A stretch of DNA of 64,000 bases from Lama guanicoe (Eukaryota). Of this stretch, positions 10,909 to 23,996 are shown one piece after another. The stretch spans positions 3,198,992-3,262,991 of the forward strand of contig MU056262.1 of the NCBI GenBank assembly GCA_013239625.1, read 5' to 3'. A program made the translations under genes and the position numbers. Positions within the stretch are counted from its first letter, which is position 1. Every line of letters starts with the position of its first letter. Under the pieces are notes generated by a model, which saw only the letters and a program-made list of their open reading frames with translations, was not told the origin of the DNA and made no database searches.

Positions 10909-12869
10909 CCTATTTTTTCCCCTCAGGGATATAGACCTAAGACAAGACCGAGATACGTCTTTCTGACCTATATTTACCGGAAAGCCATGGATGTCTCAGT
11001 AATCAGCCTGCAATTAGCCTGTGATTCCGGCAGGAGAAAAGCTACCTCCCACGCCTTTAAAATCTCCTTCCTTGAAGGGCAACCCATTTAAAAAAAAAAA
11101 AAACACTCAGTGGATATTTAAAACAGTTTAGGCATCATAATAGGCTCCATTCTAGGTCACTTTGCACACCCAGATTGTTTTTTGAGACTATTAACAATGT
11201 CACGCTGAGCAATTTAATAAACACAATGAGTGGTAAAGCCTGTTACTTTTCTTTTCCTGGTTTGAAAAATCACCCTCCTTTGTATCTACTCGTGGTTACC
11301 AGGCTGCCTACCTAACCAGGGAGCTTGGAAGGATACCTTCTGCACGTATGATGGGGATCCCTTATTCGTGGGGGACAGAGCCTGGTGTGTAGTTTCTGTT
11401 CACACCGAAATTGTTCCTGAGGGTCAACTCAGGCATCATTTGTGCGGGCCTCCCACACTCAGAACAGGTTAATAGCCAATGTTACCTTCACCGGGCCATT
11501 CTTTGGACAGAGACCATTAAGGGAAATCGCTCCTTCAGTGAGTGGCATTTTAAAGTTCTAGCCCAGAGCTCAGTCTGCCCCTGGCTCCCATAGATGTGAT
11601 CATGGCTCAGTGAGGACGCTGCTTTCGTACCGTCTCCAGGATGTAAACACACAGGACTCTAGCCATCAAGCTGAAGCAGGAGAAAAGTGGGGGCCTGGGG
11701 TGATCCAAAAGAAGCTGCAAGAAAATGTTGACTTTTCACTCAAACTCCTTCTTCTCTGAGCACCTCTATCCACCAGCCACCCATTTCCTGCAGATTCTCC
11801 CATCTAGGTATCTACCAGCCTTTTTACTTTCCATTAACTCTCCAGTCACTCTTACAAGTTTATTCATCCAAGCCTGGAATCTTGCCTCTGAGCTCATTTC
11901 TCTGCCCTCCATTTATTATTTCTCAATATCTGTGCACATGAAATGTTATTTTAGAGTTAAGTGTTACGGAAATCTTTGCTTCTCTCCAGGGAGCTGGTAC
12001 TTTTGCTGCGTGTGGAAAATAAGAATGATAAAAAAGGGCCATGTTTCCCTTTAAAGTTTGGCTGCCTGGAAGCTCAGAGCCAAAGCTCAGGTTAATCAAG
12101 AGTTTAAAGACTTGGCTTTACATTGTTTGTTTGTTTGTTTTCTATTCATCACTCAGCCCAAGTCCAGAGCTCACATTTTTAAGATGTACCTTTCCTGGTC
12201 TTGAAATCTTATTTTTGCTGGTTTGCCCTGCCCACATGTTTGCCTCCAATTGAACAGAACCGGATTAATCATCATCTTTTGCTCATATTGTACTTATACT
12301 TTTGCAAGTGATCCTGTAGTACAACACATCCTTTGTGTGGAATGAGGCAAGGTATAAATAAACTCCATGTAAGTAAGCAGTGTGTTTGCAGCAGGAAGCA
12401 AAATGAATCCAGAAGCGAGACCAAGAGGATGGAGGTCTAGATGACTCTGCCTGACAATCTAGCCTGGGGATGAGGTGGCATTTTCTGGGAACAAGGATAA
12501 TATAGAGGTGTGAGGAGATGGAAAAGATAGAAAAAAAATTAGAGTTACAGGGATAAATTCTCTGTGTGGGCAGCGTGCAGCGGTGTGCAGGAATGCTGAA
12601 ATCTTACATTGAGTGTGAGAGTTGTCTGCTTAAGGAGTTCCCCTCTGCCCCAGCAAACCTTTAGTAAACTCTGCCACCACAGTAGCCTGGAACTGATAGC
12701 ACATGGAGGGAAAGGTGGTTCCCACAGTGTCACTTGACAGGCCATTGGGATACACTGGCAAGACTACAAAAGAAACTTGGGATTGATGAAAAGCGAGAAA
12801 GCAGGTGGTGCTGGGGACGCCTGAGGAGACAGTTACGTGTCCTAGTACATGAGGTAAGGCTTGAGGTGT

Positions 12870-13021
12870 CTTTCTTTCTCATCTCTCTTCCTTTCCTATT
12901 TCCTTGCCGGTCTCTTTGCTTCCTCCTCTCTTCCCTTCCTCTTGTCCTTCCTTCCCTCCTTCCCTCTCTTTCAGTTCTCTCTCCTCCTCCCTTCCTCTCG
13001 GACAGTGTCCCACTTCCTTCT
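12870..13021. repeat. Polypyrimidine (C/T-rich) low-complexity tract
   Basis: TTCC/CTC-rich run of about 150 bp. Confidence 0.8.
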
Positions 13022-14424
13022 AGGTGTCAGGCTCTGCTGGCAGCTGACACAGTTGTAAGGAAGAGAGGCATGGCTTCTGACACCCTGCAGCGTACAAGTA
13101 AAGACTAAAGGAAAACTTAAATTAAAAATAAAGCAAGTAGAGTGTGCGACATGTGCTATACAAAGGAAACACTCGAGGTTATGTACAGAGAGAGTGTGGA
13201 AGACAGGTGGGGCAGAGTAGGAGCTGTTTTTGCTGGGGAACATATTTCTTAAACCATGTGAATTGATAACTGAAGCCATGAAGCCCTCCTTCAAAAACTG
13301 GAGGAACTGGGGGCATTGAATTTCATTTCCACATTTATTCTCCTGTGGTGTTAGAATGGAGTACAGGAAGGAAAGCAAATGCATTTCCGATTGTGTATTC
13401 TCTGCTGGGGCCGCCGCCCCCTTGTATTCCTATTTAGCTATTCGAAACTTGATGTCTACTTGAATTTTCTCAAAAATATTTTTAAAAGTCTTCAAAGCAG
13501 CCAATTGTCCATATTTAACATAAATCGATACTGGCCTCCCCACGCAGCGTTAGGGGGTTTGCTGAAGTCAGACGCTCGTACTGTGGATTGCAGGTCTCTC
13601 GACGATCATTTCCCTTTAGCTATGCTTTTCTTCAACATACAAATCTAGGGTGATTTCAGTAAAACGCGTTTCCAGGAAATATTTTCATTTTTTTTCAACT
13701 CGGGGCTCTGAGCCTACATAATTAGGAAACATTATATTAGTCCTGCCATGAGTAAGACCAGTTTTGAGGACAGTCTCTGGTCATTTTGGCGAACTAGCCT
13801 GTGAGCAACTTTCATTTCTCTAGTTACCTTCTTGTTTGTCACACTCGTGTCTCTCATTACCAGAGAGAAAAAGAAGGAAAGGCTGGACTTCAAGATTTCT
13901 TTTTAGACCATGGACCACAGCATCACCATTTAGGAATGGGCTTTTTAAATGATGTAATAATAATTATAGTGATACCTCCTATTTTCTTATCATTTGAGCA
14001 TTTTGCACAAATTTATTTTATCTACTGAACTAAGTAAGATTAGGATCATTGGTCCTTTTTATATGAAATGAGGAAATGAGAGTAAAGAAAAATGAAGTTA
14101 AAAAAATCGCAGGTAGCTTATGTCAATTGGAGAGAGGTTAACTAGAGGTCAAAAAGAGGAAGATGAATTAGGTTGACTTTTGACTCTGTAAACTACAAAT
14201 TTATTCTCATAACTGCTATGCTAGGGTACTGCTCTCTAGTCAAAGACAATGGTAAACTAATATACAAATAACTGAGATTCTTACAGGGCCTTCTGCAAGG
14301 TAGGCACTCAGAAAATACTGAATAAGAGAAGAGGGCCATCCCATAGTAATCTAATAGGAAGTAGGAAGTTATGATGTATGTAAAAGCAGCTGTGAGAGAC
14401 GTTAGGAGTTGAATCCAAGTTACT

Positions 14425-14585
14425 GTACCATTAAATCCTCATAACACCTCCTTGAAAGCTGTTCCTGTCTTATTTTGCAGATTAGGAAATAAGGTTTATG
14501 GAAGTGAAATAAATGACTTGACGCTTACTAGGTGAGTGAGTGGCTTTGAGCAGAGCCTGGGTCTGCTCTGCCCTTCTAAAACAGA
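14425..14585 (-). mobile_element. MIR SINE
   Basis: ATCCTCATAACACC...ATTTTGCAGATTAGGAAATAAGG...AAATGACTTG. Confidence 0.6.
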
Positions 14586-14924
14586 GACGAAAAAAAACCA
14601 ACCCCCTGTGGAGTTACTGTTCTCCCACGTGAGCATTAGACTTAACTCACGTGGATGGCTGTTGGACTCGCTGGTGAATAGAAGGCAGGTACTAATACCA
14701 CAGTTCTTGTGATCGATAATTATCATCGCCATCTGCTATCAGTCCTCTTTTCTCTTCATCGTATCAAGGCCTCCTAACAGCGTAGCCCTTGTTTCTCTCC
14801 AGCAGTGTATCCTCACCCGCTGCTGAATAAAATTCTCTGTAGAAGATAGGAAACATTGCCGCCGCTGGTGAGGAATACTAGGAGACAATCTGTAGATAGG
14901 TGAGAAAGGTGGCATTCAGTAGTT

Positions 14925-15343
14925 TAGGAAGTTGCGGTGTCCATAAAATTGGCCCTCTCTGATCTCCAACTGCAGGAAACAGACCTGACTAAAGGCTTCG
15001 GATGGGGCTCTAAGTTCCTTCACAGCTTTTGCAGACAGACGTGGTGCTTCCCATGGGCCACCCCAAGCCAATGACTGAGCCTGGCAGAGAAACTAAGGCA
15101 GGCTGGTTGCTGGGAGACACGGAACTCCTCTGACTGGCAGCCGCGGCTCCAGGCTCATCACTGGACTTAGCAAAACAGCACTGCAGTCAGTCCTTTCTGA
15201 CAACTCTTTCATTCCTTTTTTCTTCCACTGCATTGGGGTTTGATGATGCACCCAGTCTCCCCCACCCCATTTTTCTCTTGCAGGACTTTTTCCAAAGAAA
15301 TCTCCTGCAATCTAATCCTCTGCTGGCATCATCTGTATCTAAC
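14925..15343 (+). mobile_element. ERVL solo LTR, LTR16-like (old)
   Basis: CCCCAAGCCAATGACTGAGC; 3' end AAATCTCCTGCAATCTAATCCTCTGCTGGCATC...CTAACA resembles LTR16 termini. Confidence 0.55.
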
Positions 15344-17328
15344 AAAAGCAAACAAAACAAAAGCCTGGGATACTTAGATATTTTCCAACATCTGGATCTG
15401 CATCTCCAGTTAACATACCTTTGAACAAATTCACTTATTCTTGGGTCTGTATTTTTTCACCAAACTGGAAAAAGACAGGGTTGCAGTAGATGACTCTCTT
15501 TACTGCTTTCATTTTATGATTCTAGAGCTATAAAATGCTGCCTGTAATATGGATTAACACATTGTTTCTTATATTTCAGTGCTAGATCATAGTGGTGCTA
15601 AATGGTTATTCCATGTGTAAATTATTCTTTGATCTAAGAACAAATATTGTTTTATCAAAAAGTAAATATTGCTTTGATTTTTGGCTCATAGATACCAACA
15701 TATTGCAACATAACAACAACAAAAAGTCTCTTTGAAGATTTGCCATCATTAACACTTCTGATCCAGAACCTACTTATATAATTTTAGAGTAAAGTGTGAA
15801 ATGTCTTCCTAATTGGTTTTTCCCTCAAATTAAAAGTACTTTAATTAAACAAAGTTACATATCCATTATCACCATCAAAAGCTGACTTAAAATTCAACTG
15901 TTCTCTTCTATCAGTTTTGAATGAGTGGCAATAGTAACAAAGTTTTAAATCCAATCATGATTTAAAAAAAAAAATCTACTATCCTACTCCAAGGTAGATT
16001 GCTTCTTCCTAAGTCAATACTTGATTCTTTAAAGGCACAATAGTTGTATTATTCACCTAAATGACAGATAGATCAAATATAGGATTTTTTAATACAGAAG
16101 GGAAAGGTTATGGTATTTGAGCTACAACTATAGAAGCAATGGTTGTTGTTTGTCCTTAATTAAGAGGCGAACACTGATAATCCATCTTTATCAATGGAAT
16201 GGAACAGGAGCCTGAAAACCTGCTAGATTTAATCTAAAATGGAGTGTTGAGATTTTCCAAAATCTCTCACACATTATCTCACTGTAGGACTGTTTTCTAT
16301 AATCTTGTTCTAAGGCTATGATCAATGAGAACTTTAAGAAGGATTTAGTGGTGGTGATAGGATTTTATTCTCTTGAAAGATGCCACACTTGGGGGAAAAT
16401 GCATTAATGGAAAAGAACTTTTCAGTTACTTGATAAAATTTTACAATACATGTTTAAGACCTTTGTTTTCAAAAGGTTTTTAAAGGCCAATTTCCAAGGT
16501 AATAGTCTTGATACAATTGTGTGTTCAACCTTGATATATGAAAACGGAAGCAGGGATCATTCCAGACGCTGAGGTGTTCCAAATTGAAAGGCAATGAAAT
16601 TGTGCTTAAGCAAAGTATGTCAATAACATGCTTATTAAAATCCATTTTATCTGTGAGACTTACATTCAGATTTTTTAGAATAATTTACCTTTTAAACATT
16701 TTCATCACATTTGTGTAACTTTGAGTTCTATTCAAATGAACCTAAGGAAAATAGATGTATCATTAATGTTCATGGAAATCAGGTCCAGAAGTGAAACCAT
16801 GGCTGCTGTCTGTAGGAGTAACCTGTCTAAACTCAATTTGTGATCAGATTAACCATCACTTTGGTTAGAAAGAAACCAACTGCAAAAATACTAGCCATCT
16901 TTCCAGAGGAAAGTCAAATTATGAGACAAGGACATGGTGCCAAGAACGTTATTTTGAGGAATTCATACCATTCCTCAACCTCAGGGTGAAAGCTGAAATA
17001 TTTAGTATGCCTTACCAACTCAGTCTCATTTGGCAGGTTGCACTTAGATTTCAGCAATTAAGGTGGACATTTTAAAGTGTGATAAAACACAATGCGGTTG
17101 GCCAAGATTCTGTCATTTTTTTCATTTTTAAACTAGTTTGTGGAGTATGCTAAATCCTCTCCTTCTCAATCGGTGGAAGAGCTGGACTTAACAAAATGTT
17201 GGTTATGGAGAAGGGTTTCAGAATGTTCTTCACTTATGTACTTCTTATATACCCCATAGTGACTATGTTTATTTCCCTCTCTCTCTCTCAAAGAAGAAAA
17301 AATGTATTTTAGATTTTATATATAATGT

Positions 17329-17352
17329 ACGTGTGTGTGTGTGTGTGTGTGT
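17329..17352. repeat. (TG)n microsatellite
   Basis: Seen directly in the sequence. Confidence 0.9.
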
Positions 17353-17881
17353 TTATGAATCCAAAAAACAAAATCCAGAAAGGTTTTAATCGTGTACAGG
17401 TACTTCAGCTCATTACAACTGAGCAGATTCTTCATTCAGAAAGCATCGTTCCTTCCGAATACCAGCTGCGTTTTAATTCTAATCAAAATGCGTTACCAAT
17501 AAAATAATTTACAGATCAGAGAGGGAAGACGCCCTTGTTCTTGTTTACTTGTACTTCCAATTGGATATTTTTAAGTCTGACTTATCACGCATTCAGTGAA
17601 AAACAATGATTTTCTTGTTGAAGGGAGCCTGGCAGTACCCCTGCCTGCGCTCACCTTTGTCACTATCATGGTTTCAAATGCGTCATGTCCTCCCATTTCT
17701 TTATCCTCGCCATTTCTGTATCTTATTCTTGTTACTCTTTTTTTTTCTTGCTTGCTTTGATTTTGACTTTTCCCCAGTACTGCCCATTTCCAGGCCAGCA
17801 TCCTTCCCTACCTCCCACACTTTCTGAGGGTCAACCATTTTTACTAAAAATCTGGGCTTCTCCTGCTCCCCATCCGAGGAA

Positions 17882-17883
<2 letters not shown>

Positions 17884-17930
<47 letters not shown>
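17884..17930. repeat. Poly-T, 47 nt
   Basis: Uninterrupted T run. Confidence 0.95.
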
Positions 17931-17935
<5 letters not shown>

Positions 17936-18625
17936 TTAGTTTTATGGCTAGAGAAACACTGCTCTTTTCTTTACTGTGGAATATCAATATATTACAAATT
18001 CAATTAATTATCTATTCCCATGCTCTCTTCACTCAAGACACCATACTTCTTCTCGTTGGCATTACTAGTCATATTAGTGGCAACACGTTTGGAGAGTACT
18101 GGAGAATAAATAGCAAGTCCCAGGAATTTGCTGAACAGTTTACAGATATAATTGCATTTAATGAAAGCAATAACACCACCTAATTAAATAAGCCAGTAAC
18201 CTAGAATTCTCTTTAGACTAGAGATTACAAATTGGCCATTGATTGGCTGTACTCCACATACAGTTGTGTTTTCTTTAGCCACAGTTTTTTAAAAAATGAA
18301 TGATTAGAAGAGTTTACAACAAAACAAAAATTTTCATTATTTTTTGGTGGAAAAATTAGTAGGTTTGGCCACATTTGGCTCAGATTTCTGTATGACTTTA
18401 ACTGGCAAGTAGCTTCCCCCTTTAAGAAGAGTCTCCTCTATCTTTGGCCTCTACCATTTTGTCTCCATCATTCTTCACAATTTTATACGTCCTCCATTTC
18501 ACTCATGCATATTTCCTATCTAGCCTCAGTAAGTATTTGAATTTTTGAAGTTTTTTCAGTCCCTTCTTGTTGTTCATACAATTTACTTGACCAACAAGTC
18601 CTGGCAGTTTTATTATCATCTGAGT

Positions 18626-18849
18626 CAGGGTTTGGCAGACCTTTTCTTTAAAGGGCCAGACAGCAAACGTTTTAGGCTTTGCAGACCCTAAGTTGTCTGT
18701 CGTAATTTCTCCACTCTGCTGTTGTAGTCTCAAAGCAGACATAGTCAGTATGTAAACGATTGGGAATGACTGTATTCGGATAGAGCTTTATTTATAAAAA
18801 TAAGCAGCAGGCTGGATTTGGTCTACAAGCTGTAGTTTCCTTAATTCTG
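18626..18849 (+). mobile_element. MER58A (hAT-Charlie MITE), near full length
   Basis: CAGGGTTTGGCAGAC...AAAGGGCCAGACAGCAAACGTTTTAGGCTTTGCAG...GGCTGGATTTGG...GCTGTAGTTT...CTG. Confidence 0.85.
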
Positions 18850-19460
18850 CTGTAGATAATCATGTGCCAAAGTGTTTTGTCCAGAATGTTATATCCTTGA
18901 AACGCTCTATTAAAAAATATCCTTTAAAAAATGAAATATATACCTATCAGAGATTTAAATTATCTGGGAAAATGGTGCTTTTGAGGGCATTTATTGTATT
19001 CCCAATCATATTGAACTGCAGAATCTTTCTTTTAAACTCAATAAGCCTTAATATCTCAAAGTACAACTTGAACCATGTTTCTGGTGGACGTCTTAAATCC
19101 ATCACCACCTCTCTTCCTTGACTACTGCTGACCTGGTTCAGTTCCTTTCCTTTTTATTTTATTTCATTTCATCTCATTTTTATCTTTAAAATTTAATGCA
19201 TGCAAGAAAAAAATTTAAAAGTAACAAAAGATATCTAATAAAAAGCAGATCCTTTCCCTGCTAAAGCCCTGATTGCTATCACAGAGTCAAAGTTTTCTGC
19301 GTATCCTCTTGCTATGATCTACACATGTGAATGTGTGTGTGTGTGCATTCTTTTCATCTTTTCTTTCGCACAGTCTGAGAATCCTAAAAAAAATCTGGGT
19401 ACCATTCAATGTCATGGTGTGCGCGTGTGTGTGTGTGTGTATGTGTGTGTATGTGTATCT

Positions 19461-20665
19461 CCAGTCATCTGTCAGTGGACATTTAGGTTGCTTCCATGTC
19501 TTGGCTGTTGGAAATAGTGCTGCTATGAGCATTGGGGTGCATGTATCTTTCAAATTAGGATTTCCTCTGAATATATGCCCAGGAGTGGGATTGATGGGTC
19601 ACACGGTAACTCTGTTTTTAGGTTTTTTAGGGAATCTCCATTCTATTTTCCATAGTGGCTGCACCAAACTGCATTCCCACCAGCAGTGTAGGAGGGTTCC
19701 TTTCTCTCTGCACCCTCTGCAGCATTTATTATTTGTGGATTTTTTGATGATGGCCATTCTGACCTGTATGAGGAGATACCTCATGTAGTTTTGATATGTA
19801 TTTCTCTAATAATTAGTGAGGTTGAGCATCTTTTCATGTGCTTATTGGCCATCTGTATACGTCTTCTTTGGCAAGATGTCTATTTAGATCCTCTCATTTT
19901 TTGATTGGGTTGTTTATTTTTATATTATTGAGCTGTATGAGCTATTTGTATATTTTGGGGATTGAATCATTGGCAGTTGCATTGTTTGCAAATATTTTCT
20001 TCCATTCCATAGGTTGTCTTTTCCTTTTGCTTATGGTTTCCTTTGCTGTGCAAAAGCTTGTAAGTTTGGTTAGATCCCACATGTTTATTTTTGTTTTTAT
20101 TTCTGTTGCGTTGGGAGGCTGACCTAAGAAACATTGCTATGATTTCTATCAGAGAATGTTTTGCCTATGTTCTCTTCTCGGAGTTTTATGGTATCTTATC
20201 TTGTATTTAAGTCTTTAAGCCATTTGAGTTTATTTTTGTGTACAGTGTGATAGCATGTTCTAACTTCATTGATTTATATGCAGCTGTCCAGCTTTCCCAA
20301 TACCACTTGAAGATTACTTAACTGTAGGGGTGTTTCTTTCTGGGCTCTCTATTCTGTTCCATTCATCCATATGTCTGTTTTTGTGCCAATACCATGCTGT
20401 TTGGATTACTGTAGCTCTGTAGTATTGTCTGAAGTCTAGAAGGGTTATTCCTCCCGCTTTGATCTATTTCCTCAGGATTGTTTTGGCAATTCTGGATCTT
20501 TTATGTTCTATGTAAAATTTAGGATTATTTATTCTGGTTCTGTGAAAAACATCCTGGGTAAGTTAATAGGGATTGCATTAAATCTGTAGATTGCATTGGG
20601 CAGTATGGCCATTTTAACAATATTAGTTCTTCCAATCCAAAAGCATCAGATATCTTTCCATTTTA
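19461..20665 (-). mobile_element. LINE-1 ORF2 3' fragment (dead; frameshifted), lacking 3' UTR
   Basis: Minus-strand ORFs give [37 protein letters not shown] (ORF2p C-terminal Cys/His domain) and [23 protein letters not shown]; the DNA resembles L1 ORF2 through ~20665. Confidence 0.95.
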
Positions 20666-20669
20666 TGGG

Positions 20670-20830
20670 TACTTCATATACATTATCTTATTAATCCACG
20701 TAACACACACAGGAAGTAAACATTAATGTCCCTACTTTACAGATGAATAAATGCCAGCTAAGACTCTGGGAGCAACAGGAAATAATTCGAGGAGCTTGTA
20801 TTTCAGTCCAGATATATATTCTTTTCCTCA
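20670..20830 (-). mobile_element. MIR SINE fragment
   Basis: CATTATCTTATTAATCC...CCCTACTTTACAGATGAATAAA. Confidence 0.55.
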
Positions 20831-21479
20831 TACCTCACTACCTTATATATGTCAGGTTTTTATCATACACTGGTGGAAATTAATATGCTTTCTTATCAAA
20901 TCAGTACCAGAAATGCTGGCTGTGTTCTTTGCCTATATAGCCTAATTTATAGCTAAAATAATGTCAAATCCATTTGAAATCTAAATGGGCTTCACTATAT
21001 CTATCTGAACAGGTAACTCAAAACTCTGCAGCTTTCCTGGCTCCAGACCCTAGTGTTGTACACAGTGAGCAGAGGACAGGGCTGTAGAAAGGTCCATGTC
21101 AGATGACAGTCTTGTTGAAAAGGAGAGGAAAGACAGGGTAGGAAGGCTTGCATCAGCTGCCCTGGTGCTGGACGTGGGTGGGGGCCAGGAGGAATAGGGT
21201 TTTGAGTGTGTCATGGTCTTCTATGATAAAAGCATTTTCAGCTATGGAGAGAGTCGTCAATGAGCAGGGTCAGCAGACGGTCAACTAATCTTGATCAGAA
21301 TGCCAGGTGTTGCAAAGTCAGAGATGTGTGTGTGTGTTTGAGAGCCTGCATATGTATGAGGACTCAAATCTTAATCTGAGTGCAAAAAATATCATTTCTT
21401 CTTTTCCTGTGTGTTTTTGGGGTTTTTTTTGTTTTTTTTTTTTACTTTTAGTCTGAAATACTTTGCTATTTCCTCTGCC

Positions 21480-21730
21480 TGGTGAAACCTTCTAAATTCA
21501 GCTCAGTCATAATTTCTTCCAGGAAGCCTTCCTTGACCTTCACAGTCCTCTCTTCTTTGCTTTGTTCATTCCTCTCTCAGTGTGCTTACCACACACACTA
21601 AATGTTATTTATCCATCTGCTTGTCTCTCTTGACTCTGAAGGTACTTGAGGACAAGGTCACTGCCTTATTAATCTCTCTGGCCCCTGTGGGTATAGCGTA
21701 AACACTCTTTGATTTGAAATGAATTAAGCA
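21480..21730 (+). mobile_element. L2 fragment
   Basis: TCTTCCAGGAAGCCTTCCTTGACC...GACTCTGAAGGTACTTGAGGACAAGG. Confidence 0.6.
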
Positions 21731-22351
21731 AATGGAAAATGAATATTTGCAATTTTACCATAAGAAGGCAAAGAGTGGTTAATTAGCTGAAGATTCTAGA
21801 GAAACACTGGATGAAAAATCAAATGCCGTTTTCCCTCCCAAATTCAATTCTTACCCCTCTCTCTAATTTCCTGGTTTGTGATAAAAGATGAAAAGCTGTC
21901 GGGGTTTTATGAATCTTGNNNNNNNNNNNNNNNNNNNNNNNNNNNNNNNNNNNNNNNNNNNNNNNNNNNNNNNNNNNNNNNNNNNNNNNNNNNNNNNNNN
22001 NNNNNNNNNNNNNNNNNNNNNNNNNNNNNNNNNNNNNNNNNNNNNNNNNNNNNNNNNNNNNNNNNNNNNNNNNNAGTAGTCAAAGAGCCCATCAATACAG
22101 ATACAGTTAGAGATATCAAATGTGCACTGCTCATAAATACCGCTTTGAAGGTGTCTAATATAGCATCTTATTTTGTCAAAAAAGCATGTAATAATAGTTT
22201 AAGTTTACCTATTTGAGCCCAATGATGTGTACCATCGTTAAGCTGGGAGAAGTATGAATTCAAAATGATTCTCCAAGCAGCAAGGAAGAGCTTTACGAAG
22301 CAAGGGACGGAGCAATTTCTTCCCTGTTCTCCCCACACTATGTTAACTTGA

Positions 22352-22540
22352 AGCAGTGTGCTTAGTGGTTAAGATCCCAGGCTGTGGATTTCAACAGCTC
22401 TGGGTTCAAATCTCACCTCTGTAATTTGTAGGGAAGTCAAACAACAGGATGATAAGTCTCAGGGAAAATAATAATAATAATTAACTACCTAAGCTTTTGT
22501 GAAGATTTCATAAAATAATGCACGTAGAAATGTGAAAAAT
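22352..22540 (+). mobile_element. MIR SINE
   Basis: AGTGGTTAAGATCCCAGGCTGTGG...CTGGGTTCAAATCTCACCTCTG (A/B-box relics) and an AT-rich 3' part. Confidence 0.7.
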
Positions 22541-23996
22541 CACAACAAATATGTGTTAGACATTCTTTTATTTTAAAAACGCTATTCTTGGCATTTTCGA
22601 GGAGAGAAAAAAATGAGCTTAAATTGTCAGTATCCGATTTTAAGACTGTAAAAATGGACTTAATATCTCCATTGTGTTCTTCCTTATTTGGACTGTAATT
22701 AAAGAAACCAAAGGTTGTCAGTTATTTTATGCTCTGTTTCAGATTTTTTTTTCTTTCTATAAAACTCATTTCTATCCTTGGACTCAATGTAACTTCATTA
22801 CTGTTTTCAAGTCAAATCACATCCCATTCTCAACAACTCAAATTGGCCTCAGATCCTGCACTAACAAAATGTTAATATTTATGAGTACTGCATTTTGGGT
22901 TCAGAGATAGGGAGGGAAACCTTCAGGGAAGCAGAAATGAGTTATTGACCTGCTACAGAATGTGTCATTTGGAAAGAGCTGCTTTGTAGGGAGAGATGAT
23001 TCAAATGCCCAGTTTCAAGGGGCAATGCAATCTAGTTGACTAATCTCTCATTGTACTAAGGTGAGGCTTTTGTGAACGCAGACTGCTCATTAGCATCTCC
23101 AACCCACAGAAGAATCCAGGTAATGGGTGCCCATTTTATTCTCAGGACTGAACATTCAGATGTTTGCATTCCCTTCATTAAGCCATCATTTGAAAAATTA
23201 AGAGCAAGGTAAAGGTCAATTATTTACCATATAATCACAGACATTGTATGTCAGGTAATATTTATTTATTTTTAATTTGAAAGTCTGTAAGGAATTTAGG
23301 CGAGCACCTCATGACCTCCGAGGTCACATATCTCCCTTCCTGAGCCACGTCTCCCTAGGCGGCCATTGAACACGTTTCTTCCTTCTTTGCATGCTATTTT
23401 TGCTCCCACAGCAGGCAAGCTGGTGTCTCCCCTATGAGAGAACTCTGTTTTGAGACTGTGCCTAAAATCTCTTGGTCAGTTTTGATCTAATGTATGTAAA
23501 GTGTTTTTGCCCATTAGCTGGTTGAAAAAAAGGATAGGGTTTTTTTTTTGGTTTGTTTGTTTCTTATATTAAGGAGGTAACAGGGAAGTTGGACTGGCTA
23601 ATAGAAAGTGATAACTTAACCTCTGTTGGTTGAATCTGGGCAAGTCAATTCCCCCAAATTCGCATATAACCCCCCTAAAGTGAGGAGAACTCCAAACACA
23701 AGCTTGGAGGTTTCAGTTAGACTATAATAGGAGATCTTAATTGATATTTAGATATGGGAAAGGGGTAACTTAACAAAGCAAAGAAAGGATACACAGAAAC
23801 CATTTACTTTTTTATCTTACACCTAGTTATTGTTGAATATGGTATTGTTCCCATCAACTAGTGCCCTGAAACAAGAGAAATAACAATCGCACACACCAAC
23901 AACTGCAGTTCCCAGTATCTGCATGTACCCAGCCGGTACGCTAAGTGTCGGGGGAGGGGAAGCTGCACGTGAGAAACGCAAGACTGGTGTGAGGAC

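Noticed and set aside
19287-20122. ORFs with real protein similarity
   Set aside because: They are fragmented L1 ORF2 and its antisense frames, not a host gene
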